64,000 nucleotides of DNA from Spirochaetaceae bacterium (GTDB lineage: Bacteria; Spirochaetota; Spirochaetia; DSM-2461). How positions within the stretch are numbered: the stretch's first letter is position 1; every line of letters starts with the position of its first letter. Shown one piece after another: positions 52,697 to 62,056 of this stretch. Location of the stretch: assembly GCA_051531975.1 (NCBI GenBank), contig JAOPTT010000004.1, positions 1 to 64,000 on the forward strand. Reading direction: 5' to 3'. The notes beneath the pieces are model-generated. The model was not told the DNA's origin, searched no databases, and worked only from the letters and a program-made list of their open reading frames with translations. A program made the position numbers and the translations under genes.

Positions 52697-53092
52697 TTAG
52701 AATAATGTATCATCAGGATAATTGATAGAATCTGAACTAATAGAAGTATCTATTTCTATTGTATATACATCTGAAAAATCAAAAGCTACAATAACAAAAT
52801 CAGTAGTACCTGGGTAGTCTGTATAGTCTATTTCAACCCAACTATTAGGAGTTAACGTATATCCACCAAGAACATCAGTAAATACTGCACTATAGTAAGT
52901 ATTATATGTTGAGTATGAAGTTAGTATTTCATATTCATCTGCAGGAACTACGTATAAAGAAGTAATATTATATATTGTTCCATTTGTAATTGTCACTGAA
53001 TCATATAAAGTAACTTCTGGAATGATTAATGTACATCCAGTAAAAAAAGCCATTACAGCTAAAACTGTTAATAATTTAAATAGTTTATTCAT
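52697..53092 (-). CDS. Small lipoprotein, paralog 2
   Basis: Lipobox FTGC; ITNGTIYNITSLYVVP and FVIVAFD. Confidence 0.8.
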   Translation of the reverse strand: MNKLFKLLTVLAVMAFFTGCTLIIPEVTLYDSVTITNGTIYNITSLYVVPADEYEILTSYSTYNTYYSAVFTDVLGGYTLTPNSWVEIDYTDYPGTTDFVIVAFDFSDVYTIEIDTSISSDSINYPDDTLF

Positions 53093-53190
53093 TTTATTTT
53101 CCTTTTGTCTTTTATTTAATATAAGTTTAGAACATAAACAACAACTTGTCTATATTCATTAATTTGTGTAAACATTCTTATTTAGCTATT

Positions 53191-53601
53191 TTAATATATT
53201 GCATCTTCGATATCCAAAGTTGTAGCACTCATACTTGTAGTTATATTTACTTTGTATACATCGGCATTAACATAGGCATCATCATCAAAAGCCACAATTA
53301 CAAATCTAGTTCCAGTGTAGTTATCAAGATCGATTGAAACCGAATCATTATTCAGGAATATTGTTGCTCCTAAAGCATCATCGTATCTATCACTATAATA
53401 ACTATAATAATTATTCCAAGTCTCATTAGTTAAATATTCAAAATCACTCTCAGGAACAATATACAAGTATTCTATAGTATAACCGGTACTATTTGTAATT
53501 GTTAATATGTTATCATCGATATCATCTAGTGGTATAATTATACATCCAGTAAAAAAAGCAAACATTACTAAAGCCGTTATTAATTTAACTGTTTTTTTCA
53601 T
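53191..53601 (-). CDS. Small lipoprotein, paralog 3
   Basis: Lipobox FTGC; ITNSTGYTIEYLYIVP and FVIVAFD. Confidence 0.8.
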   Translation of the reverse strand: MKKTVKLITALVMFAFFTGCIIIPLDDIDDNILTITNSTGYTIEYLYIVPESDFEYLTNETWNNYYSYYSDRYDDALGATIFLNNDSVSIDLDNYTGTRFVIVAFDDDAYVNADVYKVNITTSMSATTLDIEDAIY

Positions 53602-53650
53602 TTTAAATCTCCAATGTTGAAAAATTTAAAAGTTATTAACATCTAGATGT

Positions 53651-54448
53651 TTATAACTCTTCAACCTCTTCAACACTTTCTGATTCAACTCTGTTACCTT
53701 TTTTGACTATATTCATATATTTTGAAAGGATATGTACAAATTCAATATTAAAATCTAACTTCACAGTATATTTTTTAGCATCAATTTCTACTATCTCTCC
53801 AGAGAGTTTTATAGGTCTATTATTAAATCTTATTACAAACTGATATTTGGTATTTACTTCTATTTCGGTATTTGGCTGGAATACTATTATTTTAAAACCA
53901 GATACTGATAAATCAGCTAGTTTCCCATAACAGATAAGCTTATTACTTTTTAGTATTTCTGTAGAAAAAATGGGAGCCTTTCTAATGCCTTCAATTTGGT
54001 CATCTGACAGTTTATTATCAAATATTTTTTTGTATATGGCTGATATCTGGCATAAATATAAAAATATCTCTTTATAAGCATCGGACATATTAATAAGTGT
54101 AAAGTCTATAATGTATACATTTTCTCTCATGGTTTTTAGACTTTCAAATTTTCCTTTTAGAAAGAATGCAACTGGTTTATCAAAATATGTTTCATCAAAT
54201 GCTAGGTTTAGAGCAATAGTTTTTTGTTCAAATGCTTTAAAGTACTCTACTTCGCTTGGGTTTAAGAAAAGAAGAAATTTACACTCTTTTAAAGAAAATG
54301 TTCCAGGTGTGCAATGTAATAAGTGAGTATCAATTTTAAGTCTAGTTTCTTGTGCGTTATATCCTGAAATTCTCAACAAAAAAGGTTCTAGTTTTAATGT
54401 ATGGTTAGCATATAATTCTGATAGTTTACTCTTCTGGTACTCTAACAC
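53651..54448 (-). CDS. Spirochaete PilZ-related protein (PilZN3 plus PilZ-like)
   Basis: C-terminal DLSVSG PilZ-like motif; likely GTG start at 54448 after GAGGAG. Confidence 0.6.
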   Translation of the reverse strand: MLEYQKSKLSELYANHTLKLEPFLLRISGYNAQETRLKIDTHLLHCTPGTFSLKECKFLLFLNPSEVEYFKAFEQKTIALNLAFDETYFDKPVAFFLKGKFESLKTMRENVYIIDFTLINMSDAYKEIFLYLCQISAIYKKIFDNKLSDDQIEGIRKAPIFSTEILKSNKLICYGKLADLSVSGFKIIVFQPNTEIEVNTKYQFVIRFNNRPIKLSGEIVEIDAKKYTVKLDFNIEFVHILSKYMNIVKKGNRVESESVEEVEEL

Positions 54449-54521
54449 TGATACTCCTCTAGAGATAATTATATCGCAAACATCCTTGTCCCACAAGAAT
54501 TATCTGTTATAGAATAGTTTT

Positions 54522-55193
54522 ATGATACTAGAAGTAGATATATCAAAACCAATCGAAGACTATTTAGAGAGTTTAGGTTATAAAGTTCGGAGTGAAGTTA
54601 AGGGTTGTGATATTACTGCGCTTAAAGGTGAAGAGTTACTTGTAATTGAGTGTAAAAAGACATTATCACTGAAATTAATTTACCAAGGTGTTGATCGGCA
54701 GGAGTTTTGTGACAATGTTTATTTAGCATTACCAATAATCGATGGCAAAAAAATCCCAAATAGAAAACATTTTATGAAGTTATTAAAGAGATTAGAGTTA
54801 GGATTGATAACTGTAACATTTCTTAAAACAAAAACAAGAGTTGATATCGTTTTAGATCCTAAAGAGAATAAAAAAAGAGTAAGGCATAAAAAGAGAGTCT
54901 CAGTTCTAAATGAAATATCAGAACGAAGTGGTAACTACAATAAAGGTGGATCAGTTAGAAGTAAGTTAATGACTGCATATAAAGAGAGAGCTATCGAAAT
55001 TGCAAAGTTATTGAATTTACATGGAGCTTTAAGCTGTTCCGAGCTAAAAAAATTAGGAACAGGTTCTAAAACCTATTCTATAATATATAAAAACTTTTAT
55101 GGTTGGTTTTTTAAAGATACTGGGTATGGTAAATATGGTTTAACAGAGAAAGGGAAACATGCCATTGGTCAGTTTAAGATATTAGATAGCTGA
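54522..55193 (+). CDS. DUF2161 family putative PD-(D/E)XK nuclease-like protein
   Basis: GYKVRSEVKGCDI, VIECK, QGVDRQ, MTAYKE, NFYGWF. Confidence 0.85.
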   Translation: MILEVDISKPIEDYLESLGYKVRSEVKGCDITALKGEELLVIECKKTLSLKLIYQGVDRQEFCDNVYLALPIIDGKKIPNRKHFMKLLKRLELGLITVTFLKTKTRVDIVLDPKENKKRVRHKKRVSVLNEISERSGNYNKGGSVRSKLMTAYKERAIEIAKLLNLHGALSCSELKKLGTGSKTYSIIYKNFYGWFFKDTGYGKYGLTEKGKHAIGQFKILDS

Positions 55194-55229
55194 CTAAGAA
55201 TTTTTGTAATAACTAGAAATAGATATTAA

Positions 55230-55263
55230 GCCTAATATAAAATCATTAATAGATATATTAGGC
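55230..55263. terminator. Hairpin between convergent genes
   Basis: GCCTAATATA...TATATTAGGC. Confidence 0.55.
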
Positions 55264-55269
55264 CAATAC

Positions 55270-55629
55270 TTATAACATTAAAAGTTTACTGATTTTTTCT
55301 TTAGTCCCAGCATTATGTACAGAGGTATAACCTTCTGATTTTAGAGTACTACATGCCGCACTTGATCTCATTCCACTTGCACAAAATAGAATTAAAGGTG
55401 TCTCTTTAGATATCTTATTTTTTTTCAGACCAGAAGATATTTTATCATGGGGTATATTTATTGCTTTTTTAACACTCCCACCTTTAAATTCTGCTTGTGA
55501 TCTCACATCGATAAATTTAGCCCCTTTCTCAACTAGTTCGGCTACTTCAGAGCTTTTTAAACCACTTTTATTCATTAAAACTCTTACAATTACAAATAAA
55601 ACAGGAATTATTATTAGTATTGGATTCAT
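55270..55629 (-). CDS. Membrane-anchored rhodanese-like protein
   Basis: IDVR, AINIP, FCASGMRS. Confidence 0.88.
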   Translation of the reverse strand: MNPILIIIPVLFVIVRVLMNKSGLKSSEVAELVEKGAKFIDVRSQAEFKGGSVKKAINIPHDKISSGLKKNKISKETPLILFCASGMRSSAACSTLKSEGYTSVHNAGTKEKISKLLML

Positions 55630-55745
55630 CAAATCTCCTTTGGTTTTTCTATATATGCTTTATGCTATATTTGTTTCTTAGTTAAATCAAGGTAAAAGAT
55701 TGTAAAATAGTTGTTAAAAGAGGAAAAACAACCTAAAGTAATTTT

Positions 55746-56303
55746 ATGTTACTTTTTATTATTGCAGCAGTTGCTTATATTGGTATTTTTATTTTTGTAG
55801 CTCAAACAAATGCACCAGAAGAATACAGTTCAAGAATTAACACAATTAATGAACTGGGATGTCAAACCTATGAAAATAGAAATATTATGCAGTGGGGATT
55901 TAAAGGTTTTGGAGTAATAATTATAGTTGGAGTTTTATATGACTCTTCTACATCTTTAGCACAGTTATACTATTCAATTCCACTTTTTGCATATGGCTTA
56001 TTTATGTTTTTATCAGGAGTCTTTTCAACAAAGCCTTTTGAGCATCTAGTATTCTACTCTGTTAAAGAAAATAAAATACATACTCTTTTTTCTCAGTTAG
56101 CTGGGCTTTCCATAGCTCTTTTAGTTGTTATGAAGTTAGTTATGATCACAGGGGCAATAAATAGAGTTGTAAATATTTCTACTTTAGTTTTTGTCTTATA
56201 TACATCGGCTCAGGTTGGACGGAGTAAAGAATTTCGTGGAATATATCAGAGAGTAATGTATTTAGGTTGTTTTTTATGGTTGATATATGGAGTGAGTTTA
56301 TGA
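55746..56303 (+). CDS. DUF998-like membrane protein
   Basis: About 5 TM helices; YS...TINELG, H, GIYQR. Confidence 0.7.
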   Translation: MLLFIIAAVAYIGIFIFVAQTNAPEEYSSRINTINELGCQTYENRNIMQWGFKGFGVIIIVGVLYDSSTSLAQLYYSIPLFAYGLFMFLSGVFSTKPFEHLVFYSVKENKIHTLFSQLAGLSIALLVVMKLVMITGAINRVVNISTLVFVLYTSAQVGRSKEFRGIYQRVMYLGCFLWLIYGVSL

Positions 56304-56782
56304 AAAAAATAATGTTAATTGTTATTATGTTTATTGGGTTTTCTCTTTATGCAGACAACAATATCTCTATATCGGTAAAGTCTAATAAAGTAACAGGAAC
56401 AATAAATCTTAATCCTTCGGAATATATAATTTTAAACGAACAGTTTCTATTTCTAATAATTGAATCTGAGGAATATGAATTGAATTTTAGTGGGTATCCT
56501 GATGGGGAATTACATGATGATGGTGATATCTATTATTCAGACAAAGTTATATTACAAGGGGATTTGGTTTTAAAAGACGGAATAGAACCTGGCGATTATA
56601 AAATAAATGTAATTTTAGGGTATCAAAGTTGTGATATAGATGGGTTATGTAATATTCCTGTTGAAGTCTCTGAAGAGATCTTAGTTAAAAAATCGTATGG
56701 GTTCAGCCCAATATTACCTATACTAATATTAGTAATTTTTTCTTTTATGTTATTATTAATAGTAAAAAGAAAAAAATCTTGA
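56300..56782 (+). CDS. Stand-alone DsbD N-terminal (alpha)-like domain with C-terminal TM anchor
   Basis: Signal peptide; YQSCDIDGLCNIP; ATG 56300 overlaps the upstream stop. Confidence 0.65.
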   Translation: MKKIMLIVIMFIGFSLYADNNISISVKSNKVTGTINLNPSEYIILNEQFLFLIIESEEYELNFSGYPDGELHDDGDIYYSDKVILQGDLVLKDGIEPGDYKINVILGYQSCDIDGLCNIPVEVSEEILVKKSYGFSPILPILILVIFSFMLLLIVKRKKS

Positions 56783-57774
56783 ATAAGGAAGATGCTATCA
56801 CAGTTGATCTAACTGCTGTGATCATACGAGTAAAAGAGTCAGAACCCCAGGTGATGACTGTTCAGGAACCTCTTTCATTACCTAGTGGAGCCTTTTCTCC
56901 TGATATTCATAGAACTTTAGAGCTTGGTTTAAGAGCATGGGTAAAAGAACAAACAGGACAACAACTAGATTATGTCGAACAGTTATATACCTATGGGAAT
57001 TGGAATAGAAACTCAGAAAGTCGCCATGGAAGTAGAAATGTAACTGTTGGTTATTATGCGCTAATTCCTTATGTCAAAACTGATACATCACTACCTGGCC
57101 GATGGGTTAACCTATACTCTTTTTTCCCATGGGAGGACTTTAGGTCTGGAGTTCCAGATATTGTATCAAAAGTAATAAAACCATCCTTAGAGCATTGGAT
57201 TCAAGAAGCGAGGGAGGATATTGAAAAAAATCAGCGACTTTTACGAGTTAGGGAAAACTTTGGTGATTTTTTGACTTGGGATATGAGTAAAGTTCTATTT
57301 AGATACGAAGTTTTATATGAAGCAGGACTTGTTTTAGAGGCACATAGAGATTGGGATGATTGGGCTAAAGATGCTGTTTATAGACTTCCTATCAGAACTA
57401 ATAATATAGAAGATAAAAATTACAGAGAACTTTCAAATGGCCTTGGAACATGTATGGAAGGGGATCATAGGCGTATTTTAGCTTCAACTACTGCTAGGCT
57501 CAGAGGTAAATTACCCTATAGACCAATAGTTTTTAAGCTTTTACCTAAACATTTCACACTATTAACAATTCAAAAATATTACGAAGGGCTAATAGGATTA
57601 TTACTACATAAACAAAATTTTAGAAGATACTTAAAACAGGGAAATTTTGTAATGGAAACAGGAGACGTTGATTCTACTGGACCTGGTAGACCAGCAGCTC
57701 TATATACATTTAGAAGTGGTGTTAAAGCTGAAATGATAAATGTAGGAGTTAATTTACCTTTCCAGAGAACGTAA
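56779..57774 (+). CDS. nadQ: NAD-biosynthesis transcriptional regulator, NadQ (COG4111; Nudix-like plus wHTH)
   Basis: HRTLELGLRAWVKEQT, YVEQLYT, FPWED, RYEVLYEAGL, DHRRILA, LHKQNFRR, GRPA; lies near nadABC and a matching operator. Confidence 0.85.
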   Translation: MNKEDAITVDLTAVIIRVKESEPQVMTVQEPLSLPSGAFSPDIHRTLELGLRAWVKEQTGQQLDYVEQLYTYGNWNRNSESRHGSRNVTVGYYALIPYVKTDTSLPGRWVNLYSFFPWEDFRSGVPDIVSKVIKPSLEHWIQEAREDIEKNQRLLRVRENFGDFLTWDMSKVLFRYEVLYEAGLVLEAHRDWDDWAKDAVYRLPIRTNNIEDKNYRELSNGLGTCMEGDHRRILASTTARLRGKLPYRPIVFKLLPKHFTLLTIQKYYEGLIGLLLHKQNFRRYLKQGNFVMETGDVDSTGPGRPAALYTFRSGVKAEMINVGVNLPFQRT

Positions 57775-58476
57775 TTTTTTAGTTAAATTCTGGTTTTGTG
57801 GAAATAGTTTCAAAACTTTTTTTATAGATTCAATTGATTTATCCTTTTTTTTATTCTTTTCATAAGCATCACTTAAAGAATTATATATAAAAAACAAATC
57901 TTCTTTATTAATATCATTTCTTTTAGTTAATTCCTCTAATGTTTTAATTCCTTCTTTAATATCTCCACCAAATAGTGCTGGTGCATTTATTAAACCCTGG
58001 GCTACGATTAGTGCAGCTCTTGCATTTCTAGGATTTAAATCTAAAGCATTTTGAGCGCTTTTATTTACCTTTCCAGAATTTTTTATTATATAAGTAACAC
58101 CTTTTTGTAGCATTATATAACTTCCTATTTCTGCATTTACCCTCCAGTTTTCAGAGGTTTGTTTCTTGTTTAGGGCTAGTTCTGAGTACTCTTGTCCTTT
58201 GGCTAAAGCTTTTAGTGATAATTTTTTATTTCCTGCTTGAAAATAACCTAAACCAATATATAGCTTTGATATACTTTTTCCTGAATTATCATCAAAGTCG
58301 ATGTTTTTTTCTAAGTTTTCGATCTCACTAATAAAATCTAAATCAGTAATATTACTGCTTAACCACTTATCAACTATTGGTGATGTTTTGTCTAAAAAAC
58401 TTTCTGATGGAAAAACTTCAAATAGAGTTATTGTTAAAATTGATAATAAAATTAAAATCTTTTTAATCATTTTCAC
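57754..58476 (-). CDS. Exported TPR protein
   Basis: Signal peptide; ALDLNPRN, APALFGGD, TPR helices. Confidence 0.75.
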   Translation of the reverse strand: MKMIKKILILLSILTITLFEVFPSESFLDKTSPIVDKWLSSNITDLDFISEIENLEKNIDFDDNSGKSISKLYIGLGYFQAGNKKLSLKALAKGQEYSELALNKKQTSENWRVNAEIGSYIMLQKGVTYIIKNSGKVNKSAQNALDLNPRNARAALIVAQGLINAPALFGGDIKEGIKTLEELTKRNDINKEDLFFIYNSLSDAYEKNKKKDKSIESIKKVLKLFPQNQNLTKKLRSLER

Positions 58477-58593
58477 CTCATGCTAAATATAAAATCACTT
58501 TAATAATCATTACTATGTTAAAACAAATGTATCACAATCTATTGACTTTTTTTAGCATCGGGAGGAATATTCAGATAAGACGTTATAGAATAG

Positions 58594-58614
58594 TTATGCT
58601 CATAATGAGCATTA
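58594..58614. promoter_or_regulatory. NadQ operator upstream of nadA
   Basis: TTATGCTCATAATGAGCATTA fits the NadQ consensus as I recall it, ttATRCTCannntGAGYATaa. Confidence 0.85.
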
Positions 58615-58627
58615 ATGAGGAGTCGTC

Positions 58628-59629
58628 ATGACATTTATACCTGAGTTTACTCCTGAGGTAAAAGAAGCTACTGAGCATTTATATCACTTAGTAAAAGATG
58701 TAATACCAAGAATGGAATGGGAAGTAAAAGCCCCATATATACATAGAATTAATTTATTAAAAAAAGAAAAAAATGTAGTTATATTAGCCCATAATTACAT
58801 GACACCAGATATTTTTCACTGCATTTCTGACATTAAAGGTGACTCATTAGCTTTAGCTAGAGAAGCTGCTGAGACTGATGCAGAGACCATTTTAGTATGC
58901 GGTGTATATTTTATGGCTGAAACTACTAAGGTTTTAAGTCCAGATAAAAGGGTATTAATTTCCGATCCAACTGCGGGCTGTTCTTTGGCAGATTCGATTA
59001 CTGGAGCAGATATTAGAAAACTTAGGGAAGAACACCCTGGAGTACCTGTAGTTACATATGTAAATACAACAGCAGAGACAAAAGCTGAAGTTGATATCTG
59101 TTGTACCTCTGGTAACGCTATAAAAATTATTGAAAGTATAGATAGCGATGAGATCCTATTTGTTCCAGATAGATTTCTATGCAGAAATATGCAGACACAA
59201 ACTGACAAAAAGTTAATTGAGTGGTCTACAGGTAGTTGTGAGGTTCATGAACTTTTTACTGTAGAAAGTATTAACGAATTTAGAGCAGCACATAAAGACT
59301 TAGTTGTGATTGCACATCCAGAATGCCCTAGAGAGATTGTTGAAGCCTCAGACTTTTCTGGGTCTACAGCGAATATGATTAATTATGTGGATGCCAATAA
59401 ACCTAAAAAGGTTTTAATGGTAACAGAGTGCTCAATGAGTGATAATTTAACCGGGCTTTATCCTGAAGTTGAATTTGTTAGACCATGTAACTTATGCCCA
59501 CATATGAAAAAAATTACAGTTGAAAATATACTAGAAACATTGGAGACGATGTCTCCAGAAGTTTTTGTAGACCCAAAAGTTATAGAGGGTGCTAAAAGAT
59601 CTGTTGAAAGGATGTTAGAGGTTAAATAG
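58628..59629 (+). CDS. nadA: Quinolinate synthase
   Basis: LAHNY, GDSL, CGVYFMAET, GCSLA, YVNT, CEVH, HPEC, CPHMK. Confidence 0.95.
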   Translation: MTFIPEFTPEVKEATEHLYHLVKDVIPRMEWEVKAPYIHRINLLKKEKNVVILAHNYMTPDIFHCISDIKGDSLALAREAAETDAETILVCGVYFMAETTKVLSPDKRVLISDPTAGCSLADSITGADIRKLREEHPGVPVVTYVNTTAETKAEVDICCTSGNAIKIIESIDSDEILFVPDRFLCRNMQTQTDKKLIEWSTGSCEVHELFTVESINEFRAAHKDLVVIAHPECPREIVEASDFSGSTANMINYVDANKPKKVLMVTECSMSDNLTGLYPEVEFVRPCNLCPHMKKITVENILETLETMSPEVFVDPKVIEGAKRSVERMLEVK

Positions 59630-61167
59630 TGAAAACTGTTTATGACCTGATTGTTGTTGGTTCAGGTGCTGCAGGTCTAACTGCTGCACTAGAGGCCAAT
59701 GGTAAAAAAGTATTAGTAATTACTAAAACTAACTCATTTGCTAGTGGCTGTACTCCTTTAGCTCAAGGTGGAATTGCTGCTTCTGTAGGTTCCGATGACT
59801 CTGCATTATTACACTATTTTGATACGGTTAAAGCAGGGGTATATTCTGGGCGCTCAGACCAAGTTTCATTTTTAACAAAACATGGTGTTTCCGCAATTGA
59901 TAGTCTATTAAAGTTGAATATGACCTTTGATAAAACAAGTTCTGGTGGATTAGATCGAAACCAAGAAGGTGCTCACTCAAGGCGTCGAGTATTAAAAGCT
60001 GGTGGAGATGCCACAGGCAGAGTCTTAGTTGAAACTCTTTATTCAGAGGCGTTAAGAAAAGATAATATAAGTTGGGGATCAGACCTTTTTGTATATGATT
60101 TAATATTAAATACCGACACAATTAATGGTGTCAAAGCTTACTCCAAAAAAGATGGGTGGGTGAAAATCTACTCACCTAGAGTAATTTTAGCAACTGGTGG
60201 TTTAGGACAACTTTTTGGACATACTACAAACCCTATAGAAGCCACAGGGGATTCAATGGCTATTGCCCTTCGCTCTGGATTAAGGTTAAAAGAAGTTGAA
60301 ATGGTTCAGTTTCACCCTACTGCTTTAAATGTAAATAGTGGAGACTCTTTAAAGTTATTAACCGAAGCTTTAAGAGGTGATGGTGGAAAGCTTGTAAAAA
60401 AAGATGGAACTCCTTTTATGGGAAAATATTCTCCACTAAAAGATTTAGCTCCAAGAGATATTGTTGCAAGAGCTATTTGGAACGAGATGGGGAATGGGCA
60501 TGACATCTATTTAGACCTTAAGGGAATAAAAGATATTAGGGTAAAGTTTCCAACTGTTACATCTTTTTGTTTAAAAGCTGGACTAAATCCAAATAGAGTT
60601 CTAATTCCAATTACCCCGGCAGTGCACTATGTCATGGGTGGGGTAGATATTAATTCTAAGTTACCAAAAGGCTTAGGTGTCGCTGGAGAGGCCGCTTATA
60701 CTGGTGTTCATGGTGCAAATAGATTAGCAAGTAACTCCCTTTTAGAGTGTTTAGTTTATGGTAAATCAGAAGTTGAGAAGGTTTTTAATTGTAACCATAC
60801 TGTAGAAGATATAGAAGTTGAATTTCCTGTTGTAAACAGACTTCCAAATCAAAACATGGTAAAAAAATTCAGAAAGTTATTACAAGAAATAATGTATAAA
60901 CATTGCGGTATTATTAGAAATCAAGAAATGTTAGAAGCTGGGGAAGTTAAACTTCTTGATCTAAAGATACTGATAGACAGCTGTGAAAGACCAGCTACAA
61001 AAAATATAAAATATAAAGATGTTGTTAATTGGTTAGAGTTAAATAATATGATCATATTAGGATTAAGTCTTATCCGATCGGCAATATATAGAAAAGAGAG
61101 CCGTGGAGCTCATTATAGAGAAGACTATCCAAAAACATCAATAAAATGGGATAGAATAAAGAGTTAG
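59629..61167 (+). CDS. nadB: L-aspartate oxidase
   Basis: GSGAAG, AQGGIAA, EGAHS, QFHPT, TEALRG, HYVMGG, HGANRLASNSL, ESRGAH. Confidence 0.93.
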   Translation: MKTVYDLIVVGSGAAGLTAALEANGKKVLVITKTNSFASGCTPLAQGGIAASVGSDDSALLHYFDTVKAGVYSGRSDQVSFLTKHGVSAIDSLLKLNMTFDKTSSGGLDRNQEGAHSRRRVLKAGGDATGRVLVETLYSEALRKDNISWGSDLFVYDLILNTDTINGVKAYSKKDGWVKIYSPRVILATGGLGQLFGHTTNPIEATGDSMAIALRSGLRLKEVEMVQFHPTALNVNSGDSLKLLTEALRGDGGKLVKKDGTPFMGKYSPLKDLAPRDIVARAIWNEMGNGHDIYLDLKGIKDIRVKFPTVTSFCLKAGLNPNRVLIPITPAVHYVMGGVDINSKLPKGLGVAGEAAYTGVHGANRLASNSLLECLVYGKSEVEKVFNCNHTVEDIEVEFPVVNRLPNQNMVKKFRKLLQEIMYKHCGIIRNQEMLEAGEVKLLDLKILIDSCERPATKNIKYKDVVNWLELNNMIILGLSLIRSAIYRKESRGAHYREDYPKTSIKWDRIKS

Positions 61168-61176
61168 GAGAACCAG

Positions 61177-62016
61177 TTGAGTTTAAGAGAAATACAGTAT
61201 AAAGATATAATTGAAAATGCTCTTTTAGAAGATTTTAGAAGAGGTGGAGACCTTACGACTAATGCATTAATTCCAGAAAATGCAATTGGCGATACAGTAT
61301 TAAGAGCTAGGGAGAGTGGAGTTATAGCCGGCCTAGAGGCATCTTTATATGCATTTATTGTATTAGATCCATCTGTTAAGTTTAATATTTATAAAAATGA
61401 TGGTGATAGGGTAATATCTGGAGACAAAATTGTTAAAATTTCTGGAAACATTAGAGCCATGTTATCTGCAGAAAGAACATGTTTAAATCTCTTAGGGCGA
61501 TTATGTGGAATAGCTACCTTTACAGACTCTTTAGTTGAAGAAGTAAAAGGAACTAAAGCTAGAGTTGCTGATACAAGAAAAACAACACCTGGGTTTAGAG
61601 CTCTTGAAAAATATGCAGTAAAAGTTGGAGGTGGTATTAATCACCGATTTGGCCTAGATGATGCTGTAATGATTAAAGATAACCATTTGGCATTTAGTAA
61701 GTCTTTGACTGATGCGGTTAATAAAGTTAGGGCTAGTGTTGGACATACTGTAAAAATTGAAGTTGAAGTTGATACCTTAGATCAGTTAGCTGAATTATTA
61801 AAAAATCCTGCAGATATAGTTTTATTAGATAATATGCCCCCTGAAACATTAAAAAAAGCTGTAAATATGGTAGATGGTAAAATGACAACAGAGGCTTCTG
61901 GAAATATCTCCATAGAGACTATAAAAGCTGTTGCAGAGTCTGGTGTTGATGTTATATCTAGTGGTGCATTAACTCATTCTGTGAAAAATTTCGATATAGG
62001 GCTAGATAGGAATTAA
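61177..62016 (+). CDS. nadC: Quinolinate phosphoribosyltransferase
   Basis: DTRKTTPG, NHRFGL, IKDNH, EVEV, LLDN, EASG. Confidence 0.95.
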   Translation: MSLREIQYKDIIENALLEDFRRGGDLTTNALIPENAIGDTVLRARESGVIAGLEASLYAFIVLDPSVKFNIYKNDGDRVISGDKIVKISGNIRAMLSAERTCLNLLGRLCGIATFTDSLVEEVKGTKARVADTRKTTPGFRALEKYAVKVGGGINHRFGLDDAVMIKDNHLAFSKSLTDAVNKVRASVGHTVKIEVEVDTLDQLAELLKNPADIVLLDNMPPETLKKAVNMVDGKMTTEASGNISIETIKAVAESGVDVISSGALTHSVKNFDIGLDRN

Positions 62017-62056
62017 TTTATTGTAATAGATTCAACCATCTATTATTATTTACCTT

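Noticed and set aside
50530..55193. Defence island built on the NYN and DUF2161 nuclease-like genes
   Set aside because: Both are stand-alone widespread families, with no partner defence genes, integrase or att sites visible.
2508..60506. Numerous 60-165 aa ORFs antisense to or nested in long genes (e.g. 17099-17518, 19378-19872, 41167-41577, 58816-59208)
   Set aside because: They overlap well-supported CDSs and show no RBS or protein motifs.
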